Origin: Escherichia coli | GTDB taxonomy: Bacteria; Pseudomonadota; Gammaproteobacteria; Enterobacterales; Enterobacteriaceae | Length of the DNA: 64,000 nucleotides | Assembly (NCBI RefSeq): GCF_001677475.2 | Contig: NZ_CP015229.1 | Reading direction: 5' to 3' (one strand) | Shown here: positions 1-12,914 of the stretch, piece by piece | How positions within the stretch are numbered: position 1 is the stretch's first letter | Layout of the letters: every line of letters starts with the position of its first letter | The notes under the pieces: model-generated | Database searches by the model: none | What the model was told of the DNA's origin: nothing | What the model saw: only the letters and a program-made list of their open reading frames with translations | Translations under genes and position numbers: made by a program

Positions 1-265
1 TAACTGGCAGGAGAGCCGCCCCTCCGCGCTTACGACTTTGCTGGGCGCAGAGGCAGAAAACATCGATCTCTTCGACCGTATGCAACTGGAATACGTTATC
101 GCTATCTGCCGCCAGGCAAAGTCGCTTTCCGCAGCCGGACGCCAGCTTTTTGACGTTTCGCGCCAGGGCAAAGCCAGCGTCAATGACGCGGATCGGCTAC
201 GCAAATACCTGGCGCGTTTTGGTCTGACGTGGGAAGCCGTGCAGGATCAGCACAGCTCCAGTTGA
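1..265 (+). CDS. rtcR: C-terminal fragment of sigma-54-dependent regulator RtcR (5' end lies outside window)
   Basis: Open frame from window edge to stop at 263-265; translated tail matches the RtcR C-terminus as I recall it; convergent with glpR as in K-12. Confidence 0.7.
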   Translation, partial: NWQESRPSALTTLLGAEAENIDLFDRMQLEYVIAICRQAKSLSAAGRQLFDVSRQGKASVNDADRLRKYLARFGLTWEAVQDQHSSS

Positions 266-1005
266 ATATGGTGGTCCGTCAGCACCTGCATCACGCTTAC
301 TGGCGGCGGGGCGTCGGTGTAGACGGCATCTACCATGCTGATGCTACCCATATTGACCATCGCGTTACGGCTAAATTTCGAGTGATCGACAACCAGCATA
401 ACGTGGCGCGAGTTCTCAATAATGGCGCGTTTGGTGCGAACTTCGTGGTAATCGAACTCCAGCAGCGAGCCGTCGCTATCGATGCCGCTGATCCCCAGAA
501 TACCGAAATCAAGGCGGAACTGGGAGATAAAATCGAGCGTCGCTTCGCCTATGATCCCACCATCGCGGCTACGTAATTCGCCACCGGCGAGAATAATACG
601 AAAATCTTCTTTTACCATCAACGTGTTAGCGACGTTGAGATTGTTGGTGACAATGCGCAAATTGCTGTGATTAAGCAGCGCGTGCGCCACCGCTTCCGGG
701 GTGGTGCCGATATCGATAAACAGCGTCGAGCCGTTGGGGATTTGCTCCGCCACTTTGCGGGCAATACGCTCTTTTTCTTCGGTCTGGGTGGCTTTGCGAT
801 CGTGCCACGGCGTGTTAACCGAACTGGAAGGTAGCGCCGCGCCGCCATGATGGCGCAGGATCAGGTTTTGCTCCGCCAGCTCGTTGAGGTCGCGACGAAT
901 AGTCTGCGGGCTGACGGAGAAGTGCTCCACCAGTTCCTCGGTACTGACATAACCCTGCTGTTTAACCAGTTCGATAATACCGTTGTGACGTTGTGTTTGT
1001 TTCAT
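247..1005 (-). CDS. glpR: DeoR-family glycerol-3-phosphate regulon repressor GlpR
   Basis: 252-aa ORF, N-terminal HTH (VSTEELVEHFSVSPQTIRRDL), sugar-phosphate binding domain; start codon reverse complement 'cat' verified at 1003-1005. Confidence 0.95.
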   Translation of the reverse strand: MKQTQRHNGIIELVKQQGYVSTEELVEHFSVSPQTIRRDLNELAEQNLILRHHGGAALPSSSVNTPWHDRKATQTEEKERIARKVAEQIPNGSTLFIDIGTTPEAVAHALLNHSNLRIVTNNLNVANTLMVKEDFRIILAGGELRSRDGGIIGEATLDFISQFRLDFGILGISGIDSDGSLLEFDYHEVRTKRAIIENSRHVMLVVDHSKFSRNAMVNMGSISMVDAVYTDAPPPVSVMQVLTDHHIQLELC

Positions 1006-1021
1006 TTATAAATCCCTGGAA

Positions 1022-1864
<843 letters not shown>

Positions 1865-1896
1865 TTATTCCACACAAAAGGGGACAGTATAAAGCG

Positions 1897-2301
<405 letters not shown>

Positions 2302-2360
2302 TTATACATATCACTCTAAAATGTTTTTTCAATGTTACCCAAAGCGCGATTCTTTGCTAA

Positions 2361-2380
2361 TATGTTCGATAACGAACATT
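2361..2380. promoter_or_regulatory. GlpR operator palindrome in the glpE/glpD divergent control region
   Basis: Near-perfect inverted repeat tatgttcgat-aacgaacatt about 35 nt upstream of the glpD start; matches the known GlpR operator half-site TGTTCGATAACGAACA. Confidence 0.6.
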
Positions 2381-2412
2381 TATGAGCTTTAACGAAAGTG
2401 AATGAGGGCAGC

Positions 2413-3918
2413 ATGGAAACCAAAGATCTGATTGTGATAGGTGGCGGCATCAATGGTGCTGGTATCGCGGCAGACGCCGCTGGACGCGGTTTATCCGTGC
2501 TGATGCTGGAGGCGCAGGATCTCGCTTGTGCGACCTCTTCCGCCAGTTCAAAACTCATTCACGGTGGCCTGCGCTACCTTGAGCACTATGAATTCCGCCT
2601 GGTCAGCGAGGCGCTGGCTGAACGTGAAGTGCTACTGAAAATGGCCCCGCATATCGCCTTCCCGATGCGTTTTCGCCTGCCGCATCGTCCGCATCTGCGC
2701 CCGGCGTGGATGATTCGGATTGGTCTGTTTATGTACGATCATCTGGGTAAACGCACCAGCCTGCCGGGATCAACCGGTTTGCGTTTTGGCGCAAATTCAG
2801 TGTTAAAACCGGAAATTAAGCGCGGATTCGAATATTCCGACTGTTGGGTAGACGACGCCCGTCTGGTACTCGCCAACGCCCAGATGGTGGTGCGTAAAGG
2901 CGGTGAAGTGCTTACCCGGACTCGTGCCACTTCTGCTCGCCGCGAAAACGGCCTGTGGATTGTGGAAGCGGAAGATATCGATACCGGCAAAAAATTCACC
3001 TGGCAGGCGCGCGGCCTGGTTAATGCTACCGGCCCGTGGGTGAAACAGTTCTTCGACGACGGGATGCATCTGCCTTCGCCTTATGGCATTCGCCTGATCA
3101 AAGGCAGCCATATTGTGGTGCCGCGTGTGCATACCCAGAAGCAAGCCTACATTCTGCAAAACGAAGATAAACGTATTGTGTTCGTGATCCCGTGGATGGA
3201 CGAGTTTTCCATCATCGGCACCACCGATGTGGAATACAAAGGCGATCCAAAAGCAGTGAAGATTGAAGAGAGTGAAATCAATTACCTGCTGAAAGTGTAT
3301 AACGCGCACTTTAAAAAACAGTTAAGCCGGGACGATATCGTCTGGACCTACTCCGGCGTGCGCCCGCTGTGTGATGATGAGTCCGATTCGCCGCAGGCTA
3401 TCACTCGTGATTACACCCTTGATATCCATGATGAAAACGGCAAAGCCCCGCTGCTGTCGGTATTCGGCGGTAAGCTGACCACCTACCGCAAACTGGCGGA
3501 ACACGCGCTGGAAAAACTGACGCCATATTATCAGGGCATTGGTCCGGCGTGGACGAAAGAGAGCGTGCTGCCGGGCGGTGCCATTGAAGGCGACCGTGAC
3601 GATTACGCCGCGCGTCTGCGCCGCCGTTACCCATTCCTGACCGAATCGCTGGCACGTCATTACGCACGCACTTACGGCAGCAACAGCGAGCTGTTGCTCG
3701 GCAATGCAGGGGCGATAAGCGACCTCGGGGAGGATTTCGGTCATGAGTTCTACGAAGCGGAGCTGAAATACCTGGTGGATCACGAATGGGTCCGCCGCGC
3801 CGACGATGCCCTGTGGCGTCGCACAAAACAAGGAATGTGGCTGAATGCGGAACAACAATCTCATGTGAGTCAGTGGCTGGTGGAGTATACGCAGCAGAAG
3901 TTGTCGCTGGCGTCGTAA
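2413..3918 (+). CDS. glpD: Aerobic glycerol-3-phosphate dehydrogenase GlpD (FAD-dependent)
   Basis: Track ORF 506 aa; conserved start METKDLIVIGGGINGAG (FAD-binding GxGxxG); 501 aa. Confidence 0.95.
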   Translation: METKDLIVIGGGINGAGIAADAAGRGLSVLMLEAQDLACATSSASSKLIHGGLRYLEHYEFRLVSEALAEREVLLKMAPHIAFPMRFRLPHRPHLRPAWMIRIGLFMYDHLGKRTSLPGSTGLRFGANSVLKPEIKRGFEYSDCWVDDARLVLANAQMVVRKGGEVLTRTRATSARRENGLWIVEAEDIDTGKKFTWQARGLVNATGPWVKQFFDDGMHLPSPYGIRLIKGSHIVVPRVHTQKQAYILQNEDKRIVFVIPWMDEFSIIGTTDVEYKGDPKAVKIEESEINYLLKVYNAHFKKQLSRDDIVWTYSGVRPLCDDESDSPQAITRDYTLDIHDENGKAPLLSVFGGKLTTYRKLAEHALEKLTPYYQGIGPAWTKESVLPGGAIEGDRDDYAARLRRRYPFLTESLARHYARTYGSNSELLLGNAGAISDLGEDFGHEFYEAELKYLVDHEWVRRADDALWRRTKQGMWLNAEQQSHVSQWLVEYTQQKLSLAS

Positions 3919-3926
3919 GGATGATG

Positions 3927-3958
3927 CCCGGTTGAAGTGCAACCGGGCTATTTGGATT
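3927..3958 (+). terminator. Rho-independent terminator of glpD
   Basis: Perfect 8-bp stem cccggttg/caaccggg with 5-nt loop, followed by T-rich ctatttggatt, just after the glpD stop. Confidence 0.5.
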
Positions 3959-3969
3959 CCTTAGACTAT

Positions 3970-4575
3970 TTATTGTAAATAATTGAATAACGGCCCCTGA
4001 GCTAAAATCGCCAAACTTAAGCACGTTACCCACTCACCCCATTTCTGCCTCTGGCTTCTATTTTTGCTACACCAATGGCAATAATATCCCAATGCAAAAC
4101 CAACCTGTGCACTAATCGGGCCGACAAAATCAGTCCACGACTGCGGCCAAAAAGGGGAAAAATTCAGGGGAAGCCAGACAAACGTCAGAAAGAAATTTCG
4201 GATATTTTCCAGCAACGCTGATTTCTCTGGAGAAATATAAAGAATGAAATTCGAGAGAATTAACCAGAAATAGACCGGAGAAAAGACCAGCCAGCAATGC
4301 AGTCTGTTTTTTAATTCAGGAGGCGTTCTGCGGGAGAATTGCCAACCGATGCCCCACATTACACTGAAAAAAAATGCATATTCAACCATTAACTCAAGTT
4401 GTAATTCCTGAAGAGAAATACGCACAACCAGGAGCGGAAAGGAGAATGTTATTTCTGCCAGAAAAGTTAACGTGAATATAAGTACGGCTAAGACAATAAC
4501 CGTCGGCCATACCAATACTGGCACGATAACAAAACCGAGAATTACAGGGGGAATATAAAGCCGGAATTTAATCAT
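3970..4575 (-). CDS. Hypothetical small multi-pass membrane protein (island ORF-D), last gene of a four-gene operon
   Basis: 201-aa ORF, several long hydrophobic segments, AT-rich codon usage unlike flanking genes; start 2 nt after the stop of the upstream ORF (translational coupling). Confidence 0.6.
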   Translation of the reverse strand: MIKFRLYIPPVILGFVIVPVLVWPTVIVLAVLIFTLTFLAEITFSFPLLVVRISLQELQLELMVEYAFFFSVMWGIGWQFSRRTPPELKNRLHCWLVFSPVYFWLILSNFILYISPEKSALLENIRNFFLTFVWLPLNFSPFWPQSWTDFVGPISAQVGFALGYYCHWCSKNRSQRQKWGEWVTCLSLAILAQGPLFNYLQ

Positions 4576-4577
4576 TT

Positions 4578-5372
4578 TTATTTTCCTGGTGATTCGGATG
4601 ATGCGTCATACATCGCGCATAAACACTCATCAATCATCCAGTCGTCTACCCAGACCTGATGCTGTGTACCCTGTTCTGGCTGCTTTGGTGGGTTCTCAAT
4701 CGCCTGCCGCGCGCGTTCTTTCAGGATGGATTGATTGTTGAAGGCCCAGGCATTGATTTGGGCGGTAATGGCATTATCGATATCGTCATGGTTATCTCTG
4801 ATATAACCTTCACGATACTGGTTCAATAAACAGGCAAGTGAAGCTGCCGACCAAAAGCCGGGAATTGAATTAACGGCATCAAGCAACGGCGCAATGGCGA
4901 TATCGGCACGGAAAAACATTTCCAGCATATACTGTAATTCGACAGCTTCATCGCCGGATACCCAATCAGCCATATACTGGCAGGCAAATCGCTGCAATAT
5001 TGCCCGTTCATCCGCACGCCAGTTTTCTTTGTTGGCAAGGTTGATACGGCGCAGAGAAAAAACTTCGTGAATATTGTCAAAATACCCCTGTGCAACAAAT
5101 TCCAGTAAACGCGGAAGAAAATAGCGGACCTCATCGCTATTTTGCGGATCGGGTCCTGGGCTACTATTCCAGGCATTGATTAAGGAATACGAGATCGCTC
5201 GTAACGATGTACTCCGTAATACCTTTTGTTCCTGCTGACTCAGGCAATATTCACAACAAACCACAAATTTCTGCGGCACCGGATAGCGACGAAAAATATG
5301 ATAAATCTGCTCAATTAATGCCTGCATGGCGGGGCTGGGTTGCATAATTACCCCCTCGCCCGCTGGTCGCAT
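4578..5372 (-). CDS. Hypothetical protein, no recognisable family (island ORF-C); probably cytoplasmic
   Basis: 264-aa ORF with no TM segments; alternative start at internal Met (about 5345) lies 2 nt downstream of the ORF-B stop; tightly coupled to flanking ORFs. Confidence 0.6.
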   Translation of the reverse strand: MRPAGEGVIMQPSPAMQALIEQIYHIFRRYPVPQKFVVCCEYCLSQQEQKVLRSTSLRAISYSLINAWNSSPGPDPQNSDEVRYFLPRLLEFVAQGYFDNIHEVFSLRRINLANKENWRADERAILQRFACQYMADWVSGDEAVELQYMLEMFFRADIAIAPLLDAVNSIPGFWSAASLACLLNQYREGYIRDNHDDIDNAITAQINAWAFNNQSILKERARQAIENPPKQPEQGTQHQVWVDDWMIDECLCAMYDASSESPGK

Positions 5373-6055
5373 GTAAATGGTTGATAAACCAAACGAGCAT
5401 TCGCCGCATTCAGGCGAATAATGGCACTACGAGAGAGGGAAAAGCTGGGGCGAATGCAATAATTACAGTCCCGACAGCTATCCTCTGTGCAATTTTCCAC
5501 TGAGTAATGACGCGCGTAGAGTTTCAGTTCAGCCTGCTTATCGCGAAATCCGCGTAAACTGTTATCGCTATGAAATTTCCAGGCTTCTTTAAACACCTGA
5601 AAGATATAGACATCCTCAATCCAGGAGTCACATTTTTTAAGCGGGCGCTTTGCTATGATCACCCGCTCCGGGTTTAGCATCGCCGTAAAATGAACGGTGA
5701 AGTCATTTGTCGTATTCAGGTCACATTGAACATCTGGTACATCACTGATATAGGGGTCAAATCCAAAATCAGCACCACAGGCACAAAGACGACCGATCGT
5801 GGTGGTATCGAGGGAAAATCCCGGCCATACATTGCTGGACGTTAAGCCAATATTTAATGTGACATTATATCGAAGCAATCCCTCAAGACCGTCAGCACCG
5901 ACGAACTTTTCCCCTTCATCCAGGACCTGATTAATGAGTTGTTGAACAATACCTTCATCCCAGTATGCCGATTTGCAGTTGGCAATCGTAATATCCACGC
6001 CTGTGAAAGGATCAGTACCAGCGAGGCTTGCAAATAATGTATTAACTAATTCCAT
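5348..6055 (-). CDS. Hypothetical cysteine-cluster protein (island ORF-B), candidate metal or Fe-S binding
   Basis: 235-aa ORF with C-terminal C-x4-C-x2-C-x2-C cluster (NCTEDSCRDCNYC) and further Cys residues; not the CxxxCxxC radical-SAM spacing. Confidence 0.6.
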   Translation of the reverse strand: MELVNTLFASLAGTDPFTGVDITIANCKSAYWDEGIVQQLINQVLDEGEKFVGADGLEGLLRYNVTLNIGLTSSNVWPGFSLDTTTIGRLCACGADFGFDPYISDVPDVQCDLNTTNDFTVHFTAMLNPERVIIAKRPLKKCDSWIEDVYIFQVFKEAWKFHSDNSLRGFRDKQAELKLYARHYSVENCTEDSCRDCNYCIRPSFSLSRSAIIRLNAANARLVYQPFTCDQRARG

Positions 6056-6069
6056 TTTTATTACCCGCC

Positions 6070-7587
6070 TTAATGCAACGTTTTATACATCGGCACATAA
6101 CCCACGTCTTCTACCAAACTCTGCCCCTGCGGCGTTAAAAACCATTCAACCAGTTTTTGTGTTTCTGACGTCATATTTTCCCGCGTTACCATAAAGGCAT
6201 CGACGATATAGGGATATTTGCCATTGCGAATGTTTTCCGCAGTCGGTGCAATACCGTTAATCGCTAACAATTTGATATTCTTATCGGCATTCATTTGTGT
6301 TGCGTAATAGCGGAAGGTATAACCTATTGCGTTGTTTGTATTACGGTATTCGGCAACGACTTTAATCATTCCCTCCATCACACTTGCCACTTCGGTTTCC
6401 TGCGGCGAGATCATACGGACATTTTTCATGACCTGTAATTGCATCACCGTCTGACTGCCAGAGTCTTCCGGGCGTTGCCAGGTCTGGATCTCCTGATCGT
6501 TACCGCCAACAGTACGCCAGTTGGTAATTGCGCCACTAAAAATGTCTCGCACTTGTTGTTCAGTCAGGGAATTGACTGGATTATCAGCATTGACGATAAA
6601 AACAAATGCTTCACGGGCAAAGGGGGTGTACAGCAAAGTGACACCAGATTCCTTTGCACGTTTTTTCTGCCCACCGGAAGGTTGCGCCACGAAAATAATA
6701 TCAGCATCACCCTTAACGATTTTGTTATATGCTTCTGGCGTACGAGAGTTATCCAGATAATCCCAAACGTGAAAATCCTCTGGTATTATGCTTAACGCAT
6801 AAAAGGCAGAAGCATAAATTGGGTACGCCGCCGTGGCACCATCGATTCGCGGCCAGTTTTGCGTAAACTGAATTTGCGGTTTGCCACGCAGCGGCGTCAG
6901 TCGATTATTGAGTTTATCGGGTCGCCAGGCCCAGATATCAATATTTTCGCGTACACCAACACCAGGGTTTTGCTGCTTATATAAATGGGCCTGATACCCA
7001 GCGACAATACCAAGTAAGAGAAGTAGAAACAGGAGTAAGTTACGGCAACGTAGCCCGGACGTGCCGGTTAAAGGATGCCTTGTCGGCCAGCCGTATCCCA
7101 GCGAAAAACTGATATGCGTTCCAACGGGAATAATGACTATCCACCAGTACTCACCACCGACTAATGAGACTAACAAAACACCCAGCCAGGGAAGCATAAG
7201 ATCTGCCAACCAACCTGAAACCATCTGGCGAAATTGATAATCTGCCAGATGTAGCGTGATTATCCAGCCAACCAGGATTAATAAAGCAGGAACTAAAAAA
7301 AGACATTGTCGCCAGGCGGCTATTTCTCTGTTTTCTGGTGCGCTATCGCCCGCCCACACTCGCCCAGAGAAAAATAGCAGTAATGCGCCCAGCGTCAGCA
7401 TAAAGACGTTAAGTAGAAGATAAATTGTTGGCGTAAAGAGTAAATTGCAAAACTCAAGAATAGCGGCAAGCCCGGCCCCCAGCATGGCAATAACCGCCGC
7501 CAAAAACTGCGCCAGAATGGGGATGCCGAAAAAAGTCATTACCAGCGAGGTCAAAATCCATTTTCTGTTTTGCATTATTCTTTCCAT
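6070..7587 (-). CDS. Polytopic membrane protein fused to a PstS-like (type-2 periplasmic binding protein) phosphate/oxyanion-binding domain (island ORF-A)
   Basis: 505-aa ORF; N-terminal ~200 aa with about 6 hydrophobic helices; C-terminal ~280 aa with PstS-like motifs (AAYPIYASAF, DADIIFVAQPSGG, RPEDSGSQ, NAIGYTFRYYA); possible alternative start 4 codons downstream. Confidence 0.65.
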   Translation of the reverse strand: MERIMQNRKWILTSLVMTFFGIPILAQFLAAVIAMLGAGLAAILEFCNLLFTPTIYLLLNVFMLTLGALLLFFSGRVWAGDSAPENREIAAWRQCLFLVPALLILVGWIITLHLADYQFRQMVSGWLADLMLPWLGVLLVSLVGGEYWWIVIIPVGTHISFSLGYGWPTRHPLTGTSGLRCRNLLLFLLLLLGIVAGYQAHLYKQQNPGVGVRENIDIWAWRPDKLNNRLTPLRGKPQIQFTQNWPRIDGATAAYPIYASAFYALSIIPEDFHVWDYLDNSRTPEAYNKIVKGDADIIFVAQPSGGQKKRAKESGVTLLYTPFAREAFVFIVNADNPVNSLTEQQVRDIFSGAITNWRTVGGNDQEIQTWQRPEDSGSQTVMQLQVMKNVRMISPQETEVASVMEGMIKVVAEYRNTNNAIGYTFRYYATQMNADKNIKLLAINGIAPTAENIRNGKYPYIVDAFMVTRENMTSETQKLVEWFLTPQGQSLVEDVGYVPMYKTLH

Positions 7588-7599
7588 TCTTTCTGAATG

Positions 7600-7645
7600 G
7601 CGAAATTATACTCCCCGAGTCCCCTTGCCCCTTCTGGACACTTTT
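7600..7645 (-). promoter_or_regulatory. Candidate promoter of the island operon
   Basis: Minus-strand TATAAT (plus 'attata' about 7605-7610) roughly 20-35 nt upstream of the ORF-A start, directly downstream of the glgP terminator. Confidence 0.3.
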
Positions 7646-7659
7646 CCGAAATGATGGCG

Positions 7660-7685
7660 AAAAAAACGGGACCCTTTGGCCCCGC
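7660..7685 (-). terminator. Rho-independent terminator of glgP
   Basis: Minus-strand hairpin cggggcc-aaag-ggtcccg followed by a run of 7 U, about 20 nt after the glgP stop. Confidence 0.45.
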
Positions 7686-7702
7686 TCTATTTATTAGTGA
7701 AA

Positions 7703-10168
<2,466 letters not shown>

Positions 10169-11602
10169 CTATTTCAAGCGATAGTAAAGCTCACGGTACG
10201 ACTTCGCCGCGACCTGCCAGCTAAAATCCATTGCCATAGCCTGACGTTGCACAAACCGCCACAGTGAAGGACGGGACCACAGTACAAAAGCACGTCGAAT
10301 AGCCCGTAACAGCGACCAGGCATTACTATCTTCAAAGACAAACCCACTGGCGACGCCATCTGCAAGGTTCTCAAGAGAACAGTCAGAAACCGTATCAGCA
10401 AGCCCACCGGTGCGCCGCACTAACGGCAGCGTACCGTACTTCAATCCATAAAGTTGCGTTAAGCCGCACGGTTCAAAACGGCTGGGCACCAGAATGACGT
10501 CCGCGCCGCCCATAATGCGATGCGAAAATGCTTCGTGATAGCCAATCTGAACGCCCACCTGGCCGGGGTATTCCGCTGCCGCCGCAAGGAAACCTTCCTG
10601 CAGCACCGGATCGCCCGCGCCGAGTAGCGCCAACTGCCCGCCCTGCTCCAGAAGACCCGGTAAGGCTTCCAGCACCAGGTCGAGACCTTTCTGGCTGGTC
10701 AGACGGCTCACCACTGCAAAAAGCGGCACTTTATCGTCAACCTTAAGCCCCATTGCGATTTGTAACTGGCGCTTATTTTCCGCTTTATCTTCCAACGTAT
10801 CGCGGGTGTAGCGCGAGGCCAACAGTAAGTCCGTCTCTGGACTCCAGATTTTCTCGTCCACGCCGTTCAGTACGCCTGAAAGACGCCCTTCACGGTGACG
10901 CTGTTGCAACAGACCTTCCATACCGTAGGCAAACTGCGGTTCGGTGATCTCGCGAGCGTAGGTTGGACTGACCGCCGTAATGTGATCGGCATAGTACAGA
11001 CCGGCCTTCAGGAAAGAGATTTGTCCGTTGAATTCCAGCCCATGAATATTAAAGAATGACCATGGCAATTGGATGTCATTCATATGATGTGCATAAAACA
11101 TGCCTTGATAGGCCAGGTTGTGCACAGTAAACACCGACTTCGCCGGACGCCCGCGCGCCGCCAGATACGCAGGCGCAAGGCCTGCATGCCAGTCGTGCGC
11201 ATGCACCACATCAGGACGCCAGAATGGGTCAAGACCGCTGGCCATTTCTGCCCCAACCCACCCCAGCAGCGCAAAACGCAATACGTTGTCGGTATAGGCA
11301 AATAAGTTGGTATCGTGATACGGGCTTCCCGGACGATCATAGAGATGCGGCGCGTCAATCAGGTAAATGCCAACCCCGTTGTAATGACCGAACAACAGCG
11401 TGATATGTCCGGCGAAGGTATCACGACGGGATACTACCTGCGCATCGGTCACGCCACGGCGAATATCGGGAAATGCAGGCAACAGTACGCGAGCGTCAAC
11501 GCCGTCTGCGATTTGTGCTGCGGGTAATGCCCCAATAACATCAGCCAGACCGCCGGTTTTAAGCAGCGGGAACATCTCTGAACATACATGTAAAACCTGC
11601 AT
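10169..11602 (-). CDS. glgA: Glycogen synthase GlgA (ADP-glucose transglucosylase)
   Basis: 477-aa ORF; N-terminal KTGGLADV motif. Confidence 0.95.
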
Positions 11603-12897
11603 TATCGCTCCTGTTTATGCCCTAACTTCCGTAGCATTTCGCGCGTTACCAGCACGATGCCTTCTTCTGAACGATAGAAACGACGTGCATCTTCCTCTGC
11701 GTTTTCACCAATCACCATGCCTTCCGGAATAACACAAGCACGATCGATGACGCAGCGGCGCAGACGGCACGAGCGACCTACCCATACTTCCGGTAACAAT
11801 ACGGCGGAATCAATGTTGCAGAATGAATTCACGCGAACGCGCGAGAACAGAACGGACTGCACCACCACCGAGCCGGAGATTACACAACCGCCGGAAACCA
11901 GTGAGTTAAGGGTCATCCCGTGGCTACCGGAGCGATCCTGCACGAATTTCGCTGGCGGTAATGATTCATTGTAGGTGCGAATTGGCCAATTGCGATCGTA
12001 CATATCCAGTTCCGGCACCACAGAGGCCAGATCGAGGTTCGCTTTCCAGTAAGCTTCCAGCGTACCCACATCGCGCCAGTACGGCTCGGCATCCGGGTCG
12101 GATTGTACGCAAGAGAGCGGGAACGGGTGCGCATAGGCCAGACCGGCTTCGGTGATCTTGGGAATCAAATCTTTGCCAAAGTCGTGGCTGGAGTTCTCAT
12201 CGCGATCGTCTTCTTCCAGCAGTTCATACAGATAGTCGGCGTCAAAGACGTAGATACCCATACTCGCCAGAGATTTGCTCGGATCGTTCGGCATTGACGG
12301 TGGGTTAGCAGGTTTTTCAACGAATTCGATAATTTTATCGTTCTCATCAACCGCCATAACACCAAATGCGGAGGCTTCTTCAATCGGTACTGGCATACAA
12401 GCAACGGTGCAACGTGCGCCTTTTTCGACGTGATCGATAAGCATACGCGAGTAGTCTTGCTTGTAGATATGGTCGCCCGCCAGGATTACCACGTATTCCG
12501 CTTTATAACGGCGGATAATATCGAGGTTTTGGGTGACCGCATCTGCGGTGCCGCGATACCAGTTTTCCCCTTTCATTCTCTGCTGTGCTGGCAGCAGATC
12601 GACAAACTCGTTCATTTCTTCATTGAAGAATGACCAGCCGCGCTGAATGTGCTGCACCAGAGTGTGGGACTGGTACTGGGTGATCACGCCCATACGACGG
12701 ATCCCGGAGTTGATGCAGTTAGACAGCGCAAAGTCAATAATGCGGAACTTACCGCCGAAGTGTACGGCCGGTTTTGCTCGCTTATTGGTTAAATCCTTCA
12801 GGCGGGTACCACGTCCTCCCGCCAGTATCAGGGCAACAGATTTCAATGGCAGCTGGCGCGCCAACATTAAGTGATCGTTCTTCTCTAAACTAACCAT
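11602..12897 (-). CDS. glgC: Glucose-1-phosphate adenylyltransferase GlgC
   Basis: Track ORF 443 aa; conserved start [17 protein letters not shown] gives 431 aa; GGRGTRL nucleotide-binding motif; overlaps the glgA start by 1 nt. Confidence 0.95.
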
Positions 12898-12914
12898 GAC
12901 TAACTCCTTTTTTA

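Noticed and set aside
4823-5176. 117-aa minus-strand ORF inside the island
   Set aside because: Lies in an alternative frame wholly within the 264-aa island ORF-C; the longer, coupled ORF is the more parsimonious gene.
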